Assembly (NCBI GenBank): GCA_951406725.2
Contig: OX597821.1
Location: 23,188,001 to 23,252,000, forward strand
DNA length: 64,000 bases
Reading direction: 5' to 3'
DNA from: Octopus vulgaris
Lineage: Eukaryota
In this document: positions 42,411 to 56,600 of the stretch, piece after piece
Layout of the letters: every line of letters starts with the position of its first letter
How positions within the stretch are numbered: position 1 is the first letter of the stretch
Made by a program: the position numbers and the translations under genes
The notes under the pieces: model-generated
Database searches by the model: none
The model's input: only the letters and a program-made list of their open reading frames with translations
What the model was told of the DNA's origin: nothing

Positions 42411-42412
<2 letters not shown>
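42285..42412 (+). mobile_element. SINE family A, partial
   Basis: ccgggttcagctccactgcg...gtgagtggatttggtagatggaaactgaaagaagcccgtcg. Confidence 0.75.
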
Positions 42413-42446
<34 letters not shown>

Positions 42447-42482
42447 TACATTTGACGGATATTTGTCCTCACCTTCTTCGTT

Positions 42483-42528
42483 AACACAACGTTTCGGCTG
42501 ATATACCCTCCAGCCTTCATTAGGTGTC
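42483..42528 (-). ncRNA. Minimal hammerhead motif with a G5A core mutation
   Basis: GACAC CUAAUGA A GGCUG GAGGGUAUAU CAGCC GAAAC GUU GUGUU; a core-deleted inverted copy lies at ~42805-42935. Confidence 0.6.
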
Positions 42529-42561
42529 TTGGGTTCTCATTACTAAAGGTATTTTTCGATG

Positions 42562-42610
<49 letters not shown>

Positions 42611-42630
42611 CATCATCATCATCATCATAT

Positions 42631-42708
42631 GCCCACGGGCATTTGGCGTAGTTGTTAAGAGCGTCGGCTACTAACCCCAAAATTCCGAGTTCGATTCCAG
42701 GCAGTGAT

Positions 42709-42800
<92 letters not shown>
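42631..42800 (+). mobile_element. Short tRNA-derived SINE head with (AAT)n tail
   Basis: tggcgtagttgttaagagcg A-box and gagttcgattcc B-box, then (aat)n. Confidence 0.65.
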
Positions 42801-42999
42801 CAACAACATCGAAAAATACCTTGGGAATGAGAACCCATGTTCGAAATTTCCCCAAGATAAAGGCTGGAGGGTATATCAACCGAAATGTTGTGCTAACAAC
42901 AAACAAAATGCGGATAAATATCCGTCAAATGTACATAATGTACATGATTCCTCATCTCTTAAATATAGAACTGTGTATATATATATATATATATCACGT

Positions 43000-43303
43000 G
43001 ATCACATGACCGACCAGGCTATCAGATGTTGCTACACGTCGCTGGTCACAATGCGCTTCGCATTGCTTTTAGCCTTCAAATGACGCCACCCCGCTGGCTA
43101 AGCGAGCAGGCCAACAGAAGAAAGAGTGAGAGAAAGATGCGGCGAAAGAGTACAGCAGGGATCGCCACCACCCCCTGCCGGAGCCTCGTGGAGCTTTAGG
43201 TGTTTTCACTCAGTAAACACTCACAACGCCCGGTCTGGGAATCGAAACCGCGATCCTACGACCGCAAGTCCGCTGCCCTAAGCACTGGGCTATTGCGCCT
43301 CCC
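43000..43303 (-). mobile_element. SINE family C
   Basis: Antisense of the 34142 head: gggaatcgaaaccgcgatcctacgaccgcaagtccgctgccctaag. Confidence 0.82.
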
Positions 43304-43312
43304 CCCACATAC

Positions 43313-43343
<31 letters not shown>

Positions 43344-43345
43344 CA

Positions 43346-43376
<31 letters not shown>

Positions 43377-43738
43377 GTATATATATATATATACTTTGGG
43401 TTTCTTTGAGTTTTTGACCATCAAATCCACTGAATACCACCATCACCACCTACACCACCACCAACACCATCTACCACCAACGCCACCTCCACCACCGCAG
43501 GTCAGCTGCAGCAATATGTTGTGAATACATTGTCATTCTCTGCAAAACGTTTTCCCGTTGTTTAAATGTTAGATATCACAGCAATGAGGGCGTGTGTGTG
43601 TGTGTGTGTATGTGTGTGCGTGCGTTGTTGTAAATGGTCAACTTGACATTACCCAATAATACAATTATTGCTATTGATAAGAAATTGTTAATACGCGATA
43701 CAGAAATTATAACCTTCTATCTACTCACAGTCATACTA

Positions 43739-43797
<59 letters not shown>

Positions 43798-43868
43798 AAC
43801 ACATACACACACAATAACACACACACTAACACATACACAACTATACACACACTCTCTTTCTCTGTCTC

Positions 43869-43912
<44 letters not shown>

Positions 43913-44389
43913 CGATGAGATGTGATGAGTTAGACTGACGTTGCAAAATCATTGGTCAGAGACAGGTCCGTGCAATACTTACAATACGTTCAGGCCAGAT
44001 GTGAAATGTAGGCCCTCAAGCTAGTTCATAATAGGTCCAAACATAATGTGAAATGCAGGCTCCGTTTCAACGGGTAATAGGCCCGAGCCAGGAGTGAGAT
44101 GTAGGCTTCATTTCAACTGGTAATAAGCTTTGCTCAAATGTGAAATGTGGCCTTCATTTCAACAACAAATAGGCCCGGACCAGATGCAAAATGCATGCCC
44201 TATTTTAACTTGTATGAGACACATTCAAGAACATACATATAAAATAGAGCTGATTTAGATTGTGTACAGACCTAGACCACAAGTGAAATATAGGCCCTAT
44301 TTTAACCATTAATATGCGCAGTTTGTTGCGAAATGTGAACTCCCTTTTTTAAATGGTAAGAAGTCCAGACCAAACGCAAAATGCAAATC

Positions 44390-45200
44390 CCTCATCAAGC
44401 TACTCGGAGTCGATAAATTAAGTACTTGTGAAACACCGGAGTCGCTGTAATCGACTTAATCCCCCACCCCGCCAAGCTGCCCTTGTAGCAAAAATTTGAA
44501 ATCATTATTAGTAATACGTCGAAGGCGGTGAGCTGGCAGAATCGTTAGCACGCCGGGCGAAATGCTTAACAACATATCGTCCGTCCTTACGTTCTGAGTT
44601 TAAATTCTGCTGAGGTCAACTTTGCTTTCACCTTCCATCCTTTCGAAGTCGGTAAAATTAGTACCAGTTGAGTACTGAGATTGATGTAATCGACTTTTCC
44701 CCCTCCTCTGAACTTACTGGCCTTGTGCCAAACTTTGAAATCATTATTAATAATAGGTCGGCAAAGGCGGCGAGCTGGCAGAATTGTTAGCACGTTGGGC
44801 GAAATACTTAGCGGCATTTCGTCTGACTTTTTATTCTGAGTTCAAATTCTGCCGAGTTTGACGTTGCCTTTCATCCTTTCGAGTAACAGTTGCGTACTGG
44901 GGTCGATATAATCGACTAACCCCTCACCCCAAATTTCAGGCCTTGTGTCTTTAGTAGAAAGGATTATCAACATTATTAATAGAGCGATGAGCGGCGGAAT
45001 GGTTTGCGCACCGGACAAAATTCTGCGCGATATTTCTTCTGGTTTTACGTTCTGAGTTCAAATTCTGCCGAGGTTGATTCTGTCTCTCATTCCTTTGCGG
45101 ATCGATAAAATAAGTACAAGTTGAGCATTGGGTTCGATGTAATGGACTAGTCCCCTCCCACTAAAATTGCTGGCTTTGTGTTACGATTTGAAACAATTAT
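44390..45200 (+). mobile_element. Head-to-tail cluster of SINE family B copies
   Basis: Heads at ~44524, ~44766 and ~44982, plus a 5' partial copy. Confidence 0.8.
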
Positions 45201-45410
45201 TAAGTGGTGAAGTAAAAAAAAAAAAGACAAACTTGAAAGAACATTATATTAGCTGTCCTTTTTCGGTTTTCATTTCGAATCACGCTGAAGTCAATTTTAA
45301 ATTTCAAATTGGCTTTGTGCAAAAATTTGAAACGGTCGAAGCAATTATTTCAAACGTGTTATTTCTGCTCTCCCCCTCTCTCTCTCTCCCTCTCTCTTTG
45401 GTTACTTTTT

Positions 45411-45458
<48 letters not shown>

Positions 45459-45749
45459 TACTTGATATAGTCACAAAACTTACCTTATCAACTATGTCAT
45501 GTCACTCATTATGTCTGCACTCATTTGCGTACGCGCGCGCGTACACATGCACACACATGCACACACATATATATGAATGCATACATACATGCGTATTCAA
45601 ATCTGTGCATGTTTAATGAGTGAAAGAGCATAATTGATAAGATAAAGATTCTGTGGCAAGGAAGGTGTGGAAGACGGGTTAAATTCCCACCTAAATTCAA
45701 TTGTTATTCTAAAACAACAACAACAACAACAACAATAATAGTAATAATA

Positions 45750-45967
45750 ATCCTTGCTATTATAGCCACAAGGCCTGAAGTTTTGGGGGTGGGACTAGTC
45801 GATTTCATTGACCCCAGAATTTCACTGGTACTTAATTTAACGACCCCAAAAGGATGAAAGGCAAAGTCGACTTACCTCGGCGGAATTTGAACTCAGAACG
45901 TAGCGACTGGCAAAATACTGCTAAGCATTTCGTCCAGCGTGCTAACGATTCTGCTAGCTCGCCGCCT
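45750..45967 (-). mobile_element. SINE family B
   Basis: Ends ...ctagctcgccgcc; flanked by (AAT)n. Confidence 0.82.
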
Positions 45968-46025
45968 TAATAATAACATAATAATGATAATGATAATGAC
46001 AATAATGATGATGATAATAATAATG

Positions 46026-46098
<73 letters not shown>

Positions 46099-46099
<1 letters not shown>

Positions 46100-47190
46100 T
46101 GTCTTGGTATAAAAGATGGGCTACAGCAAATATTCTGCTCAATACCACAGATTTGCTTGTCAATTGTTTGACCTTAACCAGTTGAGCATGTTCCTTTGTG
46201 GCTGACGATATGTGCATCTCTGATCACGAGCAGAAGTAGTGGGGGAGCATCATAGCCATGTGTTGAGAAGGATTCTTTGGGGTTTGAATAATTCACCTCT
46301 CGAAACATGGGTGTGTGTTCAACGTCCTTAAACAACCCTTATTCAGGGACCATTTGAGCAGGATGGGTTACTCGATCTGAAGAAAATTCTAACTGGGCCC
46401 CACCTGCAAGGTCATGTGCTGTTTATCTTGATATGAGATCACCATATCGCGCACATATGGTTGTGATGCATGTGCCTGGTGTACCCTTATCAGACGGGTA
46501 GTCATGATGGGTATACTGGGCTTCGTATATTTTACCCCAGTGTCACTTTGATGGCATGCTCTGCTCGCTCACTCAATAATAATAATAATAATAAATTACC
46601 TGATGCAGTACCAGATAGTGGCTCTCAAGTCTTCTAATCTTAACTGATTGGAAGTGTTATCAAGTACATTGGAAGTTCATGTTATCATGTACTGATTGGA
46701 AGTGTTATGTATTTTGTCTTGGTATAAAAAATAGGCTACAACAAATATTCTGCTCAATACCACAGATTTGCTTGTCAGTTGTTTGACCTTAACCAGTTGA
46801 CCATGTCCCTCAGTGGCTGACAATATGTGCATCTCTGATCACGAGCAGAAGTAGTGGGGGAGCATCATATACATGAGTTGAGAGGAATTCTTTGGGGTTT
46901 GGATAACTCACCTCTGGAAACAGGTGGTTTGTCCAACATCCTTAAACAACCCTTATTCAGGGACCTTTTGAGGGGCATGAGCTACTCAACATGAAGAAAA
47001 TTCTAACTGGGCCTCACCTGCAAGGTCGTGCGTTGTTAATCTTGATATGAGATCACTATGTCGCGCACATATGGTTGTGATACATGTGCCTGGTGCACCC
47101 TTAGACGGGTAGTCATGATGGGTATATTGGGTTTCGTATATTTGTACCCCAGTGTCATTTTGACGGCATACACTGCTCTCTCACTCAATC
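46099..47190. repeat. Two diverged tandem copies of a ~480-600-bp element bounded by (AAT)n
   Basis: 46099-46575 and 46713-47190 both begin ttgtcttggtataaaa and end ctcactcaat(aat)n. Confidence 0.85.
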
Positions 47191-49529
47191 ATAATAATAA
47201 TAATAATAATAATAAAACAAAAAAAAAGAGGGAAAACGAAAAAAAGAAAGTTCGTTAGAAAGACATTCTTGATACAGTTTATTCTTACACGACAACCATT
47301 CCATGATTCTTAGTCCAATACAGCTGACACCTTCAACTGACATTCATTCACCTCACATTTCCACCCTGATCATACACACGAATATACACACACATCCAGA
47401 AACTCAGAAGCATACACACAGAAACTCACGAACACTCACTCGTGCACACAGGCCCACACACATACACACACGATAACATTTAAACAATTGGCTGACTGAC
47501 TAATCGTAGCTCTGGTGCGATGGAGGATAAAACGTATTAAAAAATGTATATCCCAGCTTTTGTATACAAGTTCAGAGTTTCCGGCACCAATTGAAACCAG
47601 TCAGTAGACATGTTCCTAACATTTCCGTCTCAAATGCGATCATATCATTTTACATAGAGAAAGAAACTTGGCGGTTAACAAACTCATCACAGTCGTCGTT
47701 GTCGTCGTCGTCGTCGTTGTCGTCGACGTTGTCATCGTCACCACCACCACCACCACCACCACCACCACTATCATCATCATCATCATCATCATTATTATCA
47801 TCATCATTGTATATGCGTAGGATGTCACTGTAATAGCGATGAACAACAAACATCGAAGTGATCAGCACTATACTAAGGGAACACGAGGTGGTGACAGGAG
47901 CAAAAATTGATCAAGTAAAGTCAGTGGGCCTGCAGCTCAACACCTGGAGAAGTAGGCCATCCAGTAGCACCGTAGGGCACTAGATGAACATACCGTTTAA
48001 ATTGCTTGGGGTTTGGTTTGGTTTGGTCCAAACCTACAGGTGGACAAAGAACTAAGGAGAAGTGATGAGAAGGGTGGCCAATCTCACCTTGCAATGGGCC
48101 GAGAGAAAGCTATCCCTGATGGTGAGCAGAGGTGGTGAATGCAAGCATCACCTCCGTCATCTATTACCGTCTAACCGTCGTTTTTTGCCCCATTTAACGT
48201 CGGACCGAACTGGAGCGCCTACTATTCTGCTTTCTTTTGAAGAGACGTTCCAGAAGGTCCATTTGCTGCCAACATCTGCTGCATGGAGGGCTTGGTATGC
48301 ACGACATGCACTGAAACAGCGGCATCTCCGGCGTTTTCTTGTTGGTAAGTAGTTGTGGTTGCCATTTGTTAAATGCAGCTCATCCCCTTGACAGTCTAGA
48401 TCAAACGTAGACCGAAGCAAAGCGTCTGAAACCTAGCGTGTCGTTAGGCGCTCACAGCCCTCTGCCAGTCGAACAATACTGTTGGTGGATTATTGGTGAG
48501 TAAGTTCGTCGACACACTCGGGGAAAACTTGGACGTCAATGGAAATCAAAAGGACTTTCAAGCAGGGACTCAAGAATAATTTTCAGAAATCTCTGGCTTT
48601 GTAGTGTTACCGAAATGTGTGTGTGTGAGAGGGAGAACTGCCAGTTCGGGATAAACCCTACAGGCATGGTAGTGCCGTCAACCACACCAGTCTGAGATGA
48701 ACGCAGAGAGTGAAAACTGTCCTACATACGCTCGTACAGTGTTAGAGTAGTGCAGACTTGTGGAATTGTGCGTAACAGATGTTATCTTGTGCAGGACGGA
48801 GCTAGCTAACGGGGCGCTCTCGCTGTGAAGATCGAACCCTCTATCTTCTCTTAGCCGGGAAAGGCAGACAATTTCCATCTGTCTAATAGTTGTGGTGAAA
48901 AGGGTTGTGTGGAGGGTACAACTGGAAAGACAGAAATCAGGCACTTTCCTTTTCGGCCAAACCCTCCTCAACTTTTTCAAGTTTCGGTGGGAAAGGAGTG
49001 TGGGGGTAGTGAGTGAGGTGCTGTTCCATCCAGTAAATTTGTAAAAAGGTGGGCGGATATTGTAAGAAAGGTCCGAATCAATGGACTAAAAGAACAGAAG
49101 AGAGACTAGCGCTTAACATGGTACTCTTTGTGAGCAGGTTGACTCAGTATCTGTGTGATTCATGTTTTGTCCCTGGAGGGCATTTCCCTTTACTATGGTT
49201 TTTTGTTGCTATAATTTGTCAACAACAATTAAGAATTGTTATTGACATTTTTATTGTTTACGCGTGTTTACGCAAAACCCTACTATCCTTGTCTTACATG
49301 ATTTTGTAGTTCTTGTAGTCAATAAGACAGGGTAAAGACCCCCTTCCCTCACGAATAAAAGTTACCCTACGAAGCACAAGTCCGGGCAAGGTCGCCATTC
49401 ATTTTATCTGAGTGAACTGGAACAATGTGACATAATGTGTATTGTTCAATCCGAGATTCGAACTCACTACCTCATGATTGTGAGCCCGCCGCTCTAACCA
49501 CTGAGCCATGCGCCTTCACGTCAATAAGA

Positions 49530-51655
49530 TATTATTATTGCAGTTGTTGTTGTTATATGTTTGACTTTTGCTTTGTATTTGTACAGGTTGGTTCCAAGTC
49601 TCCCCCAGAGACCTCAAGAGACAACAAGTTAGAAGTTCATGTTGGTGTTATGCCTAGGGTGCCATATATTTGGTTTTGCAAATAGTATTGTTCTAGAGAA
49701 TGCTTAAGAAAACATAAGAAAATTGTTATAAGTTTGATTTAGAATTTGAGATTACACAGACAGTATTTTACGTAGGATATGGGCAGTTTCTATGATCACT
49801 ATTTTTTGAATTTCTGCCATTTTTTGGATTTCCTGGTACCTGAGCTAGGTAGCAATCAGCCCCTTTTTCTATTATTTCAAGGGCACCTATGACAACAGGT
49901 ATTGTATTTAGTCTTGAGGTTCCACATTTTGCCAGTTTCTATTTCAAGATATTTATACTTGCTCAGTTTTTGGTAGGTCTTGACAGATACGTTTATATTG
50001 ATTGGACAGTCATATCAATGGGGAGGCATGATTTTCGTCTGAAGTCTTTCAATATAATGTCTGACCTATTCGCATCTATCTTTCTGTCAGTTTGAACGGT
50101 GAAGTTCCAGAGGAGTAAGATGTCATTTTCAAGCACTGTGGGTGGTTTGTGTTCCCACCAGATTTTATCATGGGGCAGTTTCAAGTTTTTGCAAATTACC
50201 CAGTGAATATACTATGTTGCTTTATCATGCCTGTTAAGAAACTTTGTAGGTGCAAGAAGACTGCACTTGGAGGCAACATGATTAATGGTTTCATTTTGTT
50301 GCTTACACCGCATGTTGGGCTACTGATGCTCTTTAATATGCTGGCCTGGTAGCTCCTTGTAGGTAGGCATTGATCTTGGGCGGGTATGATAAACCCTTCA
50401 GCGTCTGATTTTAAACCAGAAAGCACTAACCTTTGATGGGTAAGCGTTTTGTCAACATCGGCTTTATTAGCTTTTTGGGGGTATTTTCCATTGAAAGATT
50501 TTCTTGCAACTATCTAAATATCTAAAGCAGCAGGTTTACCATGGGTTTTCATACGCTTAGCTTTTTCTGTGCTTATTTCTACTAGGTCTAATTCTGGAAT
50601 TTGTTGTATTTGGAATTCATTTAGATATTTCTTTTCCCGTTTTGTTACTGAGAATGATGTTTTCATGTTTTTGTGCTTTAAACCAAGTTTTAACAGCCAG
50701 TCATCAGAGTTTTTGAGATAGGTGTTTAGGCCAATAGTGGCAATCTTCATTTCTAATTCCAATTATAAAAGTTCACGACCACACACTTTCCTTGACAGGT
50801 AAAGTCATTCTAAATCTGCCTTGGTGTGATGCATTCTATGCATTGTAAACAATTTTCGCATTTTTCTGTCAAGATTACATATTTCAATAATTGACCAGTT
50901 AATGATATTAAAACTGTAAGTCATGACCGGTATGGCTAAAGTATTGATCGCTTCGATCATGTTTCTTGCATTCAGCTCTGTCTTGAGAATTGGTCTTACC
51001 CTGCGAGAACATTCTTTTCTTATCTTTTCCCTCATCATTAAATGTTTGATTCCATCACCTTCAAATACCCCTAGGTATTTGTAGCTCTCCGCTGGTTCTA
51101 ACTCCTTTATGACATTCTGTTAGTCAAGATCAACGTTGGATATTTCTATTATTTTTGTTTTGACAAAGGCAGTTTTTGCACATTTATCAAGACCAAACTG
51201 CATTCTGATGTCATCACTGAATTGTTTAACAATCGGTAGTAAGCCCTGTAGTTGGTGGTCACTTTTTGCAAAGAGCTTTAAATCATCCATGTAAAAGAGA
51301 TGGTTTATATTTTTATCAAACATTTTATAGCCATATTGTACATCATTCGGCAATTTCGAGAGAGGTATTAAGGCTAGAGAAAAGAGGAGTGATGATAGAG
51401 AGTCACCTTGGAAAATTCCACATGAAATTCTTACATCTGCAGCATTAAGAGATTCATTGTCACTGTTCAATGTCAGTGTGGGTCTCCATGATCTCATACT
51501 TACAGACAGAAAGTTTCGCAGTGTAGCAGCTATTTTATACATTTCCAGACATTTCTTAATCCAGCAATGTGGTAGACTATCAAAAGCTTTTATATCATCT
51601 GTCCAGACTATCGACAAGTTCTTGTGTTGTTTGTGACAAGATCATCTTATTGATG
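49530..51655 (-). mobile_element. Decayed 5'-truncated R4/Dong-like non-LTR retrotransposon (RT + RLE)
   Basis: KAFDSLPHCWI, GIFQGDSLS, HLFYMDDLKLFA, FGLDKCA, AINTLAIPVMTYSF, EGFIIPAQDQ, LWNFTVQTDRKIDANRSDII; several frameshifts; abuts (TTA)n. Confidence 0.88.
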
Positions 51656-51661
51656 AGTAGC

Positions 51662-51735
<74 letters not shown>

Positions 51736-51749
51736 GTTATTGTTATTGC

Positions 51750-51808
<59 letters not shown>

Positions 51809-51811
51809 GTA

Positions 51812-51887
<76 letters not shown>

Positions 51888-51898
51888 CATTATTATTA
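51662..51898. repeat. (TTA)n microsatellite
   Basis: Direct reading. Confidence 0.97.
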
Positions 51899-52080
51899 AG
51901 GTGGTAAGCTGCTAGAATAGTCAGCACGCCGGACAAAATGCTAAGCGGCTTTTCGTCCATCTTTACGTTCTGAGTTCAAATTCTGCCGAGGCCGACTTTG
52001 CCTTTGATCTTTTCGGGGTCGATAACAAAATGTACCAGTTGAGCACTGGGGTAGAAATAATCAACTTGCCGGAATTTGAA
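51899..52080 (+). mobile_element. SINE family B, degenerate
   Basis: gttctgagttcaaattctgccgaggccgactttgcc. Confidence 0.7.
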
Positions 52081-52244
52081 ATCATCATCATCATCATCAT
52101 TATGGCGAGCTGACAAAATTGCTTGAGCGTCGGAAAAATGCTTTGCAATATTTGTTCGTGGCCAATGAAAATAAGTACCAGTTGGGTTTCATGTAAAAGA
52201 CTGATTTCTAACAAAGAAACAGAAGCTTTCTCGTTGGAATTTGG

Positions 52245-52311
<67 letters not shown>

Positions 52312-52654
52312 TAATAATAATAATAATAATCATAATAATAATAATAAATGTTATATGCTGAGCTTTAGAAGGGTCTTGCATATTTTTACTGTTCCAATTA
52401 TATGTTGTATTTGTTAGGTGCGTGAGAAGCGGTCTCTAGTTTTTCTAGCTTTTCCGAAGACATTTACTAACATAACCAAGTGAGATCATGACTATTTGTA
52501 TAAATGTTTATTTATAATCGGTGTAGTAGAGTTTGTATGTATGTATGTATGTCACTATTCAGTTCTATTTCATGATTTCTTGCCAATAGAGAAAGGGCCG
52601 GTTTCTAACCTACATTCAAGGTTCCTTCATTGGAATTCCAACTTCAACAACAGT

Positions 52655-53724
52655 TCACCAATCATTTGAGGGATTTCTGGTAAATATTATCCTTGAGATA
52701 CCCCCATAGATAAAAATCTGGCAGAGTTCAAGTCTGGTGAATGCGGTGCCTATTCAACGTCACACTTCCTGCTGATCAGTCTCTCCTGAAATCGCTCTCT
52801 CAGCCAGGCTATGGAGTCATTTGATGCATGGGGGTGCGTGACGGCGTCTTGCTGGAACCACTGTTCCTCTCGATCTATCACTTTGCGCCGTCCCAGTGAT
52901 ACCCAAAACTTCCTCATCCCATAGCGCTCCATATTCACAGTTTGAGTTTTCTCATTTTCGCCTTCGAACCAATATGATGCCGTGTTTAGAGATTGCTACC
53001 CGTGCTGTGCACTTTGTTGAGTGTAACACCCTCTGAAACCTCCGGTGCTGATGTATCCCTATAAACATTTTTGCTGTTTACATGTCCTGAGAGCAAAAAG
53101 TGCGCTTCGTCAGAGAACCAAACATGATCCAAGAAGCCTGGATTCTCTTCGATTGTCTCACAAAACCATTCACATATGTTTATGCATTTTTCCATGTCTG
53201 CCTTTGTAAGTTTTTGCTTTATTTGGATCTGGTGAGGATACAAATGAAGAAATGATTTAAGACACGTCTCAAAGACTCTCGAGAGATTCCCAGCTCTTAA
53301 ACTACGTCGTCGAAGCGATCTCTTTTGACTCCGCCCCACTAACTCCTATATAACATCAATGTTTCTTTTTGTTCTAGCACCCACCTTCCGACCAAAATAA
53401 GTGTCTCTCAGACCTTTATAATTAAGATTTTGCACAGTCCCATACTCTCTGAACTTCTGAACCCAGTCAAAAATTCTGCGTTTTGACGGAGCATGGTGAC
53501 ACCGAAACTTTCTCTGAAAATTTGCTTGCACTGCAGTGTATGATTTGCTGGTGAAATAGGCCTCCAGGCAAAATGTCTTTTCTTTGGTTGACCAAGACAT
53601 GGAGTAATCTGTTGTTCCAATCTTTCACGCACAATGTCGACTTGTATACCCTGAAAAAGAAAAATTTAAATTAACAGTTTTATTCAAAGATATGTGGAGT
53701 TTTGGTTGGGGGGGGGTCACACTG
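52655..53724 (-). mobile_element. Decayed Tc1/mariner transposon, DD41D (rosa/Visitor)-like, 3'-truncated
   Basis: MSWSTKEKTFCLEAYF..WVQKFREYGTV (DUF4817-type HTH), WFSDEAHFLLSGHVNSKN, WFQQD, PHSPDLN; TA-CAGTGTGACCCC 5' end. Confidence 0.8.
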
Positions 53725-53807
53725 TACATACATACATATGTATTTATGTATCTTTGTGTGTATATATATATACTTGCATACATACAAGCATACATCCATA
53801 CACACAC

Positions 53808-53847
<40 letters not shown>

Positions 53848-54214
53848 GTTACAATGTATATTCATTGGAAGATTATAATCCCAACTGATGATTGGAAACA
53901 AATTCTCAACAATCTCTGTGCAAAATCTTTAAAAGTGGAAAACAGCTTGTGCAATACCGCAACAACTCATATTATCGAACTTTTTGACAGGTGTTGCTTC
54001 TGTTTTGCCAACTTTTTAACATTTTCACCGGCTTGACCTTGTGACCTTGTAAGGAAAACGGCTGAGTCACTGATGGTCATGTTGATCATGTCATACTACC
54101 GATATCATGCACAGGGCAGCCGTACGTACGTACGTACGTATATATGTATGTATGTATGTATGTATGTAACCACATGCATACGCACGCCCACACACACGCA
54201 CTCACACACACACA

Positions 54215-54252
<38 letters not shown>

Positions 54253-54558
54253 AACACACGAACACATTCAGATACGCTTCATATCTGACAGTTTTCTGAC
54301 TTTACTAAATTGTACTTACAAGGGCAAATATAATCCCATAGAATGAAAACTAAATCCAACACCTCAAACCGAGTCTCTATCAACACAGAACCTGTCTACT
54401 TTAGGAATGTGAAGCAAACTGAAATGGAAGTATATATATTACATAACCGGGAATGTTAGCTGCCTATCGGATATCAACGTGATTTTGAGATCTTAAGGCA
54501 GGATTAAGGTGTGAGTTAATGTGTGTATGTGTGTGTGTGTGTGCGCGCATGTTTCTAT

Positions 54559-54685
<127 letters not shown>

Positions 54686-54688
54686 TAG

Positions 54689-54918
54689 GGCGGCGAGCTG
54701 GCAGAAACGTTAGCACGCCGGGCGAAATGCGTAGCCGTATTTCGTCTGTCGTTACATTCTGAGTTCAAATTCCGCCGAGGTCGACTTTGCCTTTCATCCT
54801 TTCGGGGTCGATAAATAAAGTACCAGTTTCCCACTGGAGTCGATGTAATCGACTTAACTCCCTTGTCTGTCCTTGTTTGTCCCCTCTGTGTTTAGCCCCT
54901 TGTGGGCAGTAAAGAAAT
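54689..54918 (+). mobile_element. tRNA-derived SINE family B, well preserved
   Basis: ggcggcgagctggcagaaacgttagcacgccgggcg...gagttcaaattcc...gactttgcctttcatcctttcggggtcgataaa. Confidence 0.88.
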
Positions 54919-54935
54919 ACACATATATATATATA

Positions 54936-56171
54936 CATAGAAATGCAGGAAGTAAGTAGACACATTTAATTTTCAAAATTTCTGATCTATGCGTCTTAAT
55001 ATGTTTTCAGTGGTGTAGAATTTACAATGTAATTATTCTTTTTCATTCCAGGTGCCATTATATTAAACTGTTAGATTTTCAAAGAGGTCGTATTGTTGGG
55101 CAATCTGAGACTGGTCTTAGCCAGCGAAAAATTGCCGAAAATCTTCAAAATCCTCCTGCTACTGTTAACAGAATTATTGTGCGATTCAAAAGCCAAGGAA
55201 AAGAATCAACAGATTCTCGTTCCGAGCGACCTGGTTCCTCGGAAAGGAAGCTTCGCTGTTTGAATAGAATTGTGGAAAACGAACCCCGTTAGAAGGCTTC
55301 TGACATTGCAAAACTGTTAGAAGTTAGTCCAAAAACGTGTGTTACATATCTGTATAAGCCTGGGTATTATGGACGAGTAGCTAGAAGAAAACCTCTCCTT
55401 CAACCAGTTAATATCACGAAAAAAAAAATGTCAGAAGGAATGTCAGCTAAGGAATGTCAGAAAAATCCAGTTCATTTTGAGATAGAGAGATTTTCTCAGA
55501 TGAATCCAGATTTGCATTATTTTCAGACAGTGGACGTGCTTGGGTCTGGAGGCTTCCCAGTTAAGAATTTAATTTGAAACGACTCCAACCAACTGTGAAA
55601 CATGGCGGTATCTCTGTAATGGTATGGGGAGCTGTCACCAGCAATGGTCGTTCTGAGCTGATCGAATGTGTTGGAACTATAAACTCCGAAAAATACATCG
55701 AAATACTTAAGCAAGGACTACTTCCCATGTATTCACACGATAATATAACGAAAAATGAGTTTTTATTCATGGAAGATGGGACTCCATGCCACACGGCGAA
55801 AAGGGATCAACAATGGTTGACTGAAAATGGGATTCAAAAGCTTCCTTGGTCGAGTCAATCTCCTGATTGGGTTCCAATTGAAAATCTTTGGAGCATACTA
55901 AATAGAGCTATACGAAAAACTCGACAGAAACCTAAATCTAAAGATGAATTGTTTCTATTGTTGCATGAAAAGTGGGCAGAAATTCTACAAGAGACAATCA
56001 CAAAGCTCCTCAGTTCAATGCCAAAAAGAGTTTCTGAATTAAAAACTGCAAAGGGAATGTCAACTAAATACTAAAGTATTTAGTCCTACCTATAGATTAC
56101 ATTTCAATTGTTCGGTTTGCGTATTAAATAAAAAAATTTGAAAATTAAAGGTGTCTATTTACTTCCTGCAT
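54936..56171 (+). mobile_element. Tc1-like transposon (DD34E), decayed transposase 55052-56074
   Basis: TIRs atgcaggaagtaagtagacacatttaattttcaaa / tttgaaaattaaaggtgtctatttacttcctgcat. Protein: [57 protein letters not shown]. Confidence 0.9.
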
Positions 56172-56201
56172 GTGTGTGTGTGTGCGCGCGCGTGTTTCTA
56201 T

Positions 56202-56350
<149 letters not shown>

Positions 56351-56351
56351 C

Positions 56352-56557
56352 ATTTGTTTGCTTCAGTCATTTGACTGTGGTCATGCTGGAGCACCGCCTT
56401 TAGTCGAACAAATCAACCCCAGGACTTATTTTTTGTAGGCCTTGTACTTATTCTATCGGTCTGTTTTGCCGAACCGCTAAATTACGGGGACGTAAACACA
56501 CCAGACACTAGCATCGGTTATCAAGCGATGGTGGGGACAAACACAGACACACAAACG

Positions 56558-56560
<3 letters not shown>
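56352..56560 (-). mobile_element. SINE family A 3' half
   Basis: Antisense of the body and tail. Confidence 0.8.

Positions 56561-56595
<35 letters not shown>

Positions 56596-56600
<5 letters not shown>

Noticed and set aside
47940-49020. GC-richer block with short Cys-containing ORFs
   Set aside because: Possibly a decayed retroelement ORF1, but I cannot identify any motif with confidence.
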